From Spizellomyces punctatus DAOM BR117 (lineage: Eukaryota): a DNA stretch of 64,000 bases. The position numbers and the translations under genes were made by a program. Location: assembly GCA_000182565.2 (NCBI GenBank), contig KQ257464.1. One strand, 5' to 3'. The notes under the pieces are model-generated. The model had not been told where the DNA came from, did no database searches, and was given only the letters and a program-made list of their open reading frames with translations. Of the stretch, positions 26,046-37,127 are shown piece after piece; the first letter of the stretch is position 1, and each line of letters opens with the position of its first letter.

Positions 26046-26546
26046 CAGAGGATAAAAAAAGTGCTGTGAATTGTTAACGAGGACCTTGCTTAGCGTAGTT
26101 TGTTATGATGGAATTTCTTTCCGATTGTACCCATCCCGCTCTTGTACCGTTTATACCTAAGATCAACATGTATAGTATCCCTCCCCATGGCTCTAAATAA
26201 CAATCTTCAGATGGACTTGTGTCGTTCTCGTCGAGACGGCTTGCAGAACTCGCAGGCACTGAATATCCTCCAACCACTGCTATCGCTCCCATTGACCACC
26301 AATTCTCAAATGATTCCGATGATTGATTCCGCGCAGAGGGAATCCAATGTATGTCCATCTCTAGAACTGGTATCAATCGTCAACAAGCGGAAAGTGGTAA
26401 GAAAGAAGGGAATATCGGAGGAAATCTGAGCAACCGCGGCAAAACAACAACAACAACACGTACACAGTTGCTGGAGCGCGTCCACAAACCTTCCCTCGAC
26501 GCGCCTCGTCCCGCCCTTTCCCCAACATCTTTCACTCTCATTCAGA

Positions 26547-28057
26547 ATGTCTACTCAAGTCCGCCTTGTCAACGAAGCAGAGCTAACCAGCGCCATCCGC
26601 AGTGTGCGAGACGACAAACAACCCACTAACTGGGTTCTCGTCGGGCACGCTCAAGATGGAACAGACCCAAACGCGCTCGTGTTGGTTTCAACTGGTGAAG
26701 ATGGCTTTGAAGGTCTGAAGCGAGCATTGTCAGACGACCATGTGCAATATGCCCTCCGTAAGCTGCCTAGAGCTTATAAGTCCATTGACTTCACTGAGAA
26801 ACAATTTCATCTCACGGCTCCCATTCATAGTCCGAATGACAAACAAAGTCGACCTGAGCACCACCGTCAAGTTTGTCTATATTTATAACTTTGCGGATAA
26901 GCTCAGTTTTGCCAAAAAGGGGCGGTTTGGAGTGGTTAAGGGTGATGCAACAAAGTATTTCATGGTATGGATTAACGTGCGAGCGTTGATCGGGGTGTTC
27001 GCGCGTTAAACCTATATCGCATATAGCCATTCCATGTGGAAATTGAGATTGGATCCCGCAACGAATTAATCGAAGAGGTATGGCTATTTGGGTACGTGCT
27101 GCAGATGCAGGTCTGATCGGTATCGCGACCTTAGGAAGTGGTGAAAAAGATTGAAGCCGCAGCCGGTAATTTGAACAATGTGCGCGAGGCAGACTTTATA
27201 GAAGGCAAACAGGTAGCAGTCGACCGCTATGTTGTTTTGGAATTGCATGCTCACATTCTACATTAGGAACGCGGCTATACAGCTCGTACAACTGTCCGTC
27301 GTAACTCCCTAGAGAATGTACCGCTGTCGCGATCTAGCACTACTTCCAACACTACCGGCTCGACACCAAATCTCAACGCAGCGTTCCAAGGAAACACGGG
27401 CTCAAGTAACAACCTGCATAAATCACAGTCCAATATCCAAAAGGGGGCGAAGCCCTCTGCCGCCACCCAGAGCCAAGGGGTAACCCTTGGGACTGAACTG
27501 CTGGAGGCCATCAAGGATCTTCGAAATGATAAAACGCCCACAAAATGGGTTGTGGGAACTTACCAAGATGGGAACATTGCAAATCCTATTGTATTGAGTG
27601 CAAAGGGTGACGGTGGTGCAGAGGAAATGAAACAAAAGTTTGCTCCGGACGGTATCGCGTACAGCCTGATCAGAGTGGTATGTCGCTACTGGTTCGCCAT
27701 CTCTTAGCCAACTTAATACTGAACCGTCTTGATACCGCGTCAGACGGACTTTGTAGATGGCCATCCGACCGTTAAATTCGCCTTCGTCACCTTCATTGGG
27801 CAGCAAGTAGGCAGTAAGTATATCCATGTGGCAACATCTTTTCGTCCGTCATTGCCTCGCAATTTCCTTCTTTTAATCATCACCACCATTATTCAGTCAT
27901 GAAAAAGGCCAAAATCAGCACACATAAGGGAGGAGTCACAGAGCACTTTGCTCCCTACCATGTGGATTTCACGATTTCCGAAAGACGTGAAATCGATGAC
28001 ACTGTTATCATGAACAAAGTATCGCGAGTATCTGGCAGCCGTAGTATGGTCAAATAG
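26547..28057 (+). CDS. Tandem ADF-H (coactosin/drebrin-like) actin-binding protein
   Basis: Two repeats: AIRSVRDDKQPTNWVLVG..KFVYIY..FHVEI and AIKDLRNDKTPTKWVVG..KFAFV..YHVDF, separated by an S/T/N-rich linker. Confidence 0.85.
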
Positions 28058-28364
28058 TGCCCTTCCCATTGACGTTTATTTTCTGAATGAAGGAGTATAT
28101 ATATTTTATATCATAAATGGTTATAGTGTAACTACCTGCTCCTCCAGTCTGTTTTTGCAATGCACACATTTGCCAATGTCTTCAGAGCAAGTTTCATCCT
28201 GCTGAGATGCAATTATGTGATCTGACGCGACACCCTGTGGCCCAAACGTCCACGCGATCTCAGCACACCATCTTGCAGCAAAAAGACGCATAGCAGCCCT
28301 GCTGGCGGCTCGTTGCGCTGCATTAGTTTTAGACAAGCTTGTATAGTAGAGTGCTCTTCTAGCA

Positions 28365-31300
28365 ATGTCTGCCGAGGTTCGCGGTGCAGTCAAGCAGCTG
28401 AGGACTCATCAACAAGGACAGTTGGCAAAGTTGCAGGTATATGCCACGACGAGTTTCCAGCTTCATGCCCCAAAAATAACACATGGGGTCTCTCAAAAGA
28501 TAAAATCAGAAGCCGAAGTTGAACTGCTTGAGAATTTAAACTCTTATTTTAGGGTGCGTGCCAATCTTGGGCGGTCCGTACTATCTACTCGTCTCTAACT
28601 CGCTCGTTCTCTTATTGTAGAAAAGAGCGGAGATCGAAAGCCAGTATGCTACTGTACGTTTACCTGTCTGAACCTACCTCGCAGCTATATTTCACACCTC
28701 GCGGTGACAGGCACTAGAGAAGCTGAGCAAACACTACATAACCAAAAAGTTCAAACGAACAACGGTTGCGAGCGGTAATCCAACACCTCTATCGTCTGCT
28801 GAAGATGCCACAGCGGGGTAAGTTCATACCGCTGTAACAGAATCGTTTGTATAATGACCTCCCCGAGCAGTGCCCTATATGCATCATTCTCTGCTGTATT
28901 GACCGAATCCGAAAAGCAAGCTCGAAAACGAGGTGACATCAGTGAGAAACTTGTCGCAGATATTGCGGACAATATCAGGGAGCTAAACAAGGAAAGGGCC
29001 GCGGGTGCAAAGAGGGTTGGTTCTAGAATACGTTGCTAGCTTTGGTGAGATGTACTCACATTGTTGATCATCCCATGTACTAGAACCTTGAATTTGGGGT
29101 ATGTCGCGGATGTGAACGCAAATGACTACGATCTTACCAGAAAATACCAACTATTTCAGACGAAATACCACCAAGAACTGTGGACAGCCTATGATGAGCT
29201 CGATAAGGTACCAATTGTAGCTATAAAGTCGACGATGCAGATGCTTACACCGTCAAATAGGCTAGGCAAGCGTATGACAAAACAGCGAAGGAAGCTGAAT
29301 CTGCGCGGAAAAAATATGACGACATTTCGAGGAAGCCGGGCTCTGGGCTGAATGCCATTAAAAACCTTGTTACTGGTACGGACTCGGAAGAGCGTGTGGA
29401 AAAGGTTCGCGATTAGACCGAAATTCTAGGGTATGTAACGATAAGCTAACAATCTCTCCCTGGTCAGCATAGAACCAAGTGGAAAGCTTTGAGCCGAAAG
29501 TTGAACGACAGTCGAAATGACTACATCCTCGCTTTGGAAGGCGTTAACGTCATACAAGCAGCGTATTATAAAGGTATTTGTCCTTTCGTTGGGCGTGGCG
29601 TCAGAATTAGATAACCTAATGAACATGAGTGTAGAGGAACTGCCCAACTTGATGCTAGTAGGTGATTTGACAGGCTCTTTGACCCACAATACCGGCCCAT
29701 ACTCAACCATCTGGCGCAGAATCTGGACGCAAACTTTTATACTGTCTATCCCTCATTGTTGGAAAAGTACGCTGGCCTGGAGAGCGACTACACTGGCGCT
29801 TTACAAACAAGTGTAGAGACCGTACGAACCTCACTCGGAAATGTGGATCGTAACAAGGAATTGGATAACTTTTTGCGGGATCACAATGCTATCTTTCAAG
29901 ATCCAGGGCCGTTCCATTTCGAGCCCGGTGCTGGGGATGATGTACGTAAATGGGGGTGTAAGGTGCGAGCGGAGGTTTCTCTGCGCTTACCTCATTAGTT
30001 GATCAGGTGGAGCATCTCACTGTGGACGACGTGACAAAAGTGGCGTTGGGACAACGCCTTGGCAGGTTAATGAATCGAGAGGAAGAGATAAACAATCACA
30101 TTGCACTGAAAGAGCGGGAGCTTGGTGGTGTGACACAGATGGCAGATGTCTATAGTCAAACACCATCATTTGGTAACGCAGCGACGCCATTAGAGGTAAG
30201 CGGCTCATATTGTACCGAAACATCCGAGTTAAAGACTGAATCCCTTCTCTCCTGATCCCAGCAAAGGCAAGAGATTGAGAATGGCATCCGCCTATTGAAT
30301 GCCGCAAAGGTCAAAGTTGCAGCCCAAATCCGAATATTGAAGAACATGGGAGGTATGAGTTTCCATCATTGCTGAGAAGCTCAGTGTAAATCGGTTCTTA
30401 ACGTGGTTTATGTGTATCTTTGCCCTTTATAGTGGAGGCCATCATCCCAGTAGCTCCGGTTACCGCTGCTCCGACCATGTCGCTTGCATCGAAAGCAAAC
30501 GCGGTCGCAATCTACGACTACGACGCGAAAGGTGAAGGAGAGACATCCCTACGCAATGGCGACGACCTTGTGATAGTTGTGCCGGAATCTGATGGCTGGG
30601 TCAAGGTACGCATGGAGTGAAGACGCTTTGTTATTGCACCTGAGGCTCATGCACACTGTCAAGGTTCAAAATCTTATTAGCCAGGGAGTCGGGTTAGTTC
30701 CCGCAAATTACATTAAGAATCTAGAGCCAGTTAATGGATCTGGGCCGGCTCCATCCACATTGTCTCCTGCGGGACCAAAGATATCTGATTCGCCCAAGTC
30801 CAAACAAGGTGCGCTCTGCTATCCTCTCGAAAATGTCTTCTTTTAAACTAATTGGATCGCTATTTTTCTAGTGAAAGCACTTTACGGTATGCTCACACCT
30901 GTTGCACATCAGACATGTGTATGAATTTGTTCAACCTCATTTCTTACCGAATCCTAGATTTCAATGCCACTGATGAGGGCGAGTTGTCTTTCCGAGGTGT
31001 GCAGTCGCTTCTCCCGTTTAAACACTTATAGGAAGCTAATCTTCATACCTCACGTAGCTGGAGACAGTATCGAGGTGGTGGACACGAGTGGAGACTTTAG
31101 CGACGAAGCCTGGTGGGAAGGTCGCGTCGCACGCACTGGACAGATTGGTCAATTTCCTGTCGTCTTCACACAAGGATGGCAAGCACTCGCAGCCTCCGCG
31201 CCAAGCAGCATAACAACGTCAGTCGCTAGTCTAGCCAGATCCGTTTCGACACAGCAGCATCGGACGTCCATGCTTGATACATCTTCATCGCGAAGATCAT

Positions 31301-32075
31301 CTACTGTTATGCGTCCGGTGTCGTCTGTGCCGAAATATCCCAAAGGTAGGTAACCCTAAGTCCCCGACCTTGTGGCCGCTGACGCTTTTGCTGATGTTTT
31401 GTTCAGTTCGGGCAATGTATGCATACGACAGTACGTGTGATGGAGAGCTGACCATGGCTGCCGGTGACATCATCACCGTTACGAACAAGAATACGGGGAG
31501 CGACGCATGGTGGGAAGGGGAGGGCCCACATGGCAAGGTACGGCTATGCCTAATTCGCGGGCCGCATCAATGATTGCACAATCTGAACAGTGGATGCAGG
31601 GGCAATTTCCGGTCAATTACGTTGAACTCATAGACACTGCCAGCGAGTCTAGTGCTTCCCTTGGAGTGAGTCTATTCGTTCAAAGCTCGAGAAAAGAGCA
31701 GTATTGATTTAATGCGCTCCTCTTTTAGGCAATTTCAAAGAGATCATCACTGAATCCTACTCCTACCCCGTCCTACCCACAAGGTGAAAGACATTGCCAG
31801 TCATGTTTCTGGGATACCTTGGTCTGAAATCTGCACTCTATAATTATAGTGAAAGCGCTCTACGATTACACTGCCAGTGAACCTGACGAGATAAGCTTCC
31901 GGGCCGGCGACATTATCCGGGTTACGCAGTCTGCGGTATGTTGCCCACGATATCATTGATGGAGATGACACATTGCTGATTACGATATGATTCATTCTAG
32001 GATGCCGACTGGTGGCAAGGGGAGTTGAATGGGAGGAGCGGAGCATTTCCCGCTAATTATGTGCAAAAAATATAA
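28365..32075 (+). CDS. F-BAR protein with four SH3 domains (Bzz1/FCHSD-like)
   Basis: YFRKRAEIESQYA..LEKLS F-BAR start, RNDYILAL; SH3 motifs AIYDYDA, KALYDFNA, RAMYAYDS, KALYDYTA with WW/FPxNYV. Confidence 0.9.
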
Positions 32076-32684
32076 TATTTTGAACAGTTGTAGACGGCCT
32101 CTGTTTGCAAGGATGCTTTTTTGTCTGTTATCGCTTTTGCTCATAACTTGCATATACCCGTCCAGGTGAAGGTTGGTCTGCGATCCATGGGAAATGAAGA
32201 TATATGTGGCACTTGTCTCTTTTTCTATGGCAATTTCGCTCCGTACACAAGTTTCAATCACCACATTCTCAAATGTAAAATCTTAGACAGTACGCCGAAT
32301 TTTAATTCTAAAGGATCCCATAGAAGGGGGCCCTCGTCGCGCTCTTCATTAATCGCCAATGCATCCCTGTTGGTCCTCCTCGCACTAGTGCTGGGGTTTG
32401 ACCTTCTGGGTCAAATGAATACCAGCCCCGTAAATTGGCACGCCTATCTGATACAATAAACTACAATCCTGTGCTTGCGTCAATATAGTGCAGGATCCAT
32501 CCGATAGCTGTTACAGGGAGTATAGCGGATGCTACAAAGGCGCAAGTATCTCGGTTGGACACTGTTGAACCACATTGTTCACATCTTCTTGACGTCCTTC
32601 ATGCGAGGAATCAAGGCATTGCGCCAGACAGACGCCCCTGCGAACTAGCACAGGCGGTGGTTGCAAATATGACCAAGTTTGCTC

Positions 32685-33192
32685 TTATCCCCACGCGGCC
32701 GTTGTGGAGTAGTTTATTATCAAATTGCCTTCTGTACCGAAACACTAGAAGGTCATTAGGATCACTTGCTACAAACGTACAGTATAAGACTCTTTCTCCC
32801 GCACCTTGTACAAGTTTCCAACAATTTCATCTGGAGCCGGTGCGAATGCGCTGTTGACGTAGAGGAACTGCATATGAGCAGCATCTGGTTAAAATAACGC
32901 GAGAATAGTCCAGCAACGAATGGTTTGTACCAGCGGGTCCTGCGCCTTATAGTTCAGCTCCTTCCTCAGAAAGTTCATAACAGTCTGGAACTTTTGCGAT
33001 GCAGTTATTTTGTAAAAGTTTTGTTTGAGAATGGGAGCGTTTCCTGTTGCTCTAAACCGCACCACGACTTTCAAAGACATGTTGATGACGAGCCTCTTAC
33101 CAGTTGGCCAAAATGAACGTACCTTTTGCTGCCGGATTTGCCGTCCTAGGTGTTGGTGGAGAGCTTATCGGGCTTGTTGGATTGTCGCTCAT
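32685..33192 (-). CDS. ATG12: Ubiquitin-like autophagy protein Atg12
   Basis: VVVRFRATGNAPILKQ..FLRKEL..FLYVNSAFAPAPDE..LIINYSTTAAWG*. Confidence 0.95.
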
Positions 33193-33442
33193 CGTAAACA
33201 CAATGCTTGCAGAGGGTGATCGCACACAGCCAAACCTATCAAGTGTGGTAAGTCTAGTGGGCGTGTCGCGTTTGCTGGTCAGGATCGAGCGGCTGTGCAA
33301 GCCTCGCATTTTGGGGGGTCGAAGAGGTTTCTTCGTAGCATGAGTGGGTGGTCTTGCTTCCTTCCCATCATAAACTCGTCCCCAAGGGCAGGTCGTCAGA
33401 GTTTCCGTTTGGTTTCCCAACGCGACTACATAAACCCGTAAG

Positions 33443-35121
33443 ATGAGCTACTTGAATGGAAAGAGCTATGAACCCCCGACCCTGTCACATATGGAGGAAG
33501 AGGTAACTTTTTGTTACAACTGGTCAAAGGAGTGTAGACTTCATGAATGGCCGATTATTCCAAAGGCGATACTCCAGTTTATGACCGACACCGGAGCCCC
33601 GTGGATGACGGCTCTCAAGTTCTTATCTGCGGAAGAGTTTAAAGTTCCAACAGCTGTAGCTAGGTGGAAAAAGTGCAAAGTAAAGTTCAAATCATCTGTT
33701 ATATCGTTCGTACGATCTGAATGCATATATGGAAGATCTTACTTATAATGATGTGTTTGTCATTTAAACTTGGTTACAGGATTTTCTTAGATCGGAAGGC
33801 ATTTCGGATGTACCAGAACCGACGGCTTCCTTGATGCATTATCTTACCGTCCCTCTGTTCTATCTGCCTTCGACGTGTGATCGACGTGGGGCGACGTTGC
33901 TTATTTTCAATGCTCGGTATTGGGTGGCCGATGAAGCAGGAACGCGAAGGATGTTAAAGGTAACTGAAATGACATGCGGTCGCCTTGCATCTAATTGACA
34001 CATCCGGATATAGTTGTTGCACTATATGTGTGACAAGGCAGCCTCAGCGTAAGCTGGATATCTGACATGGATCATAATTTTGAACATGTTAAAGAGCACA
34101 AGTTCAATTTAACAGAGAAAGGACTCGCAGATGTGGGATAACTCTGATATCAAATCTGGATGGCATTGACCGACGCTATCAGGCGGTAGAAGTTCATCGA
34201 TGGATAATGGAAAAGTTAGAGGTATTATTGAGAACCTGGAAACTCTGGTATATGCTTTTGCATGCTAAGAAATCAATCCATAGTATTATCTTCCTGTGAC
34301 CTTGCAACAAGTTCTAATATGCAAAGCCCCATGGTGGGCTCGGGTATTCCCATATGCTTGGCGGCCTGGCGCTTGTGACTGTGGACCGCTCTCTGCTGAG
34401 GTATATTTGGCTCTCGATTCGTCTTAAAAACACTCTAAACCTGATACTGGTACCTGGAGATGCACATATGCTCCGATTTGTTGCTCTACATTGAACCATC
34501 CCAGCTTCCCAGGGAACTTGGCGGCGAGCTCTTGTACAAGCACAAGGAATGGATTACGGATCAATTAGTAAGCCTTTTCTGGTTCGTTTACAAGTTGCCT
34601 TTAGTTGAGCATGGCCTTCGCACCAGCGTGTCGAACAGTGTGGAAACGAGGACGTTCTGGTCGAGGTTGATTTGGGTGCCATGGAAGCCCGTGTATTTGG
34701 CTCAAATCCACCTTCACCATCGGACTCTTCCCAATCGTCGACGAGTCGTGCTAAATATAAAGGCATTCACCTCGGCTCACCCGTCCCGACTCCGCGATAT
34801 AAAGAGAACGGTGATGGTTATTTTCCGGATATGTGTGCCTCTCCAACTAGCATTGAGGTAGACATGATTGATATTGACGAAATTCCTCTCGAATCATTAC
34901 CTCTACCGTCCGACGATCTTAGGTCTCTCGACGGTAAAGCCGATGATGGAGAGATGTCCACAGATGCAGCCCTGCGCGTCCAAGGTGACGTTTTACCGCA
35001 GACCCTCCCAGCAAAGTCATTGGCGCCCCCCCAGCACCATGTTCCACTTGTTCTGACGGATTGCTCGCGAGTGTCTCACATTGCGCCGATTGCACCTGCC
35101 GTCGAAAGTCATGCAAAGTGA
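33443..35121 (+). CDS. CRAL-TRIO/Sec14-like lipid-binding domain protein
   Basis: ALKFLSAEEFKV..A, CDRRGATLLIF, LQQVLICKAPWW, LLLYIEPSQLPRELGG. Confidence 0.7.
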
Positions 35122-35644
35122 CGGCATCTTGTACATTGTACGTGTACATATGACGGTGAATCATTTTCCATCTTTCTATGTAAATAAGGATAAAAGTGGA
35201 ACGGAATATCTCCGTACAGCATACACAGCAATCATTGTAATTGAGACAGACTACTGATCAGGGTTGGAAATCCACTGGCGGACAGCAAACGCATGCCTGT
35301 GGGCACTGATCGGCAGGCATGAGTAAGCGCTTACACAATCATATCGGCTAAAACCGAATTCCGCTTGTGACTAATACCCTACTAAGCGATGGGTTTCACG
35401 TGAGTGCAAGGTCCATTAAATTACAAAGGGCTCGTCCCGCTCCCGCAAGGAAAAAACGTTAACTGATTTTACATGGGATCTCGGACAAGTAGGATTTGAA
35501 AACCTTTACAAGACTTGCTCCACCTTTATATGTGCAATACCTTTGCGTGTTCGCTATTTACGCTTTTCCCTTCACCCGAGACTCGTCTGACCTCTGACTC
35601 TTTGGTTTTGTAACCTCTATTGTGCTGGCCAGCGAATTTCGACC

Positions 35645-36891
35645 ATGATGCTTCCCCACGTCCTCAACCTGGAACACCATCTCACAGAACAAGGCTCTCC
35701 ATTGATAGCACCGTCTCCCCATCGTATTCCCTCACCCTTTCTTCCCGAAACATCCTTAACCTCCTATAGTGGCTCATCGCCCGCCACCTCAACAACGTCC
35801 TCACCAACGCAACCAGCCCGTTCCAGCAAGCTTGTGCCACTTGCTGTCAGATGTGAAGTACGCACACGCATCCCGTCCGAGTACGGTGGCATATGTCATT
35901 TGCATCTTTACAGCAACTCGCGGGATGCGGAAGAACACTTGGCAATTGTTTATGGCGATGATCTCAAGAGTTCTTCTTTGGAGGAAGTCCGTCCGGGAGA
36001 CACAGAAAGAGAGCGGATGCTGAGAGGTGCCCGACGAGCAGCTGATCACAATGGAAGCATGACAAACGGTGCATCCTATGAGGAAAAGCCAGTGGACAGA
36101 GATGGGGCTCCGAACGGGACCAGAAAGAACGGCAATGGAATTCACGTTGAAATCGATCCCCCGCTTATCCGCATTCACTCATGTTGCTTTACCGGAGAAA
36201 CCCTTCGATCTCTCCGTTGTGATTGTGCGGAGCAATTGGAAGAGGCCATGCGGTTAATGGCACGAGAAGGACGGGGGGTAGTGTTATACTTGAAACAAGA
36301 GGGACGGGGGATAGGGTTGAGGGACAAGTTGAGGTGAGGTTTCAATTCAATGGGATTTGCAAAAGATGGTGCAATGGGTCTAATTGCAAATGGCTTCTTG
36401 GTATTAGAGCATACAACCTCATTGATCTCGGACATGACACAATGGCGGCAAACCTCCTTCTAGGGCATCCACCAGATGCACGATCTTACGAAATTGCGTC
36501 TGCAATTTTACGGGATTTGGGTATCGATCGAGTTCGTCTACTCACGAATAACCCCGAAAAGTTGAGTCATCTGCAGAATGATGGAGTTGAGGTTGCAGAG
36601 CGGGTACCGATGATACCAGCCAGTTGGCGTCGACTGGGAGCAGATGTGGGCGTGGCAGTGGAGAAAGTCAAAAATGGGGAAAAAATGATGGTGGATGAAA
36701 CAGCTGTAGTGTCTGCAAAGGTTCGAGAATCTGGCGGGTTGACTCTGCAAGATCGAGATGGTTACCTTGTGACCAAGGTGCAGCGCATGGGCCATATTCT
36801 GGACATTCCATCACAACTGCTCGACGCATTTAAGGCAACATCTGTCACTGAGGACACACAGTTGAATGGACAGTATCGCCATAGCTCATAG
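35645..36891 (+). CDS. RIB1: GTP cyclohydrolase II (riboflavin biosynthesis)
   Basis: [51 protein letters not shown]; one intron near 36334-36407. Confidence 0.96.
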
Positions 36892-37127
36892 ACACCGCCT
36901 GAAGCCCCTCCGTTGGCATGTACACTACTAGATTATTACTTCACAATGATTTTGCATGGCTTGTTGGACCTTAAATGTTTGTGATTGGATCCGATTCTAG
37001 CCATACATCCAAATAGGTTAAATGGTCATCTAGCCTAATTTGGAACGGCTAACGAGACCCCCTTGTAAGCCTTCATCTTTTGGCGGGACTGTTTCCCCCG
37101 ACGTTTTTACCTTTTCCTTTCCTGCAA

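Noticed and set aside
26074-26429. Short overlapping ORFs between MscL and the ADF-H gene
   Set aside because: No recognisable motif or splice pattern; likely UTR or promoter sequence.
32390-32426. Hairpin GCTGG..TTTGACC-TTCTG-GGTCAAA..CCAGC between convergent genes, considered as SECIS or ncRNA
   Set aside because: No AUGA/GA quartet geometry, no in-frame UGA in flanking genes, and the stem is short enough to arise by chance.
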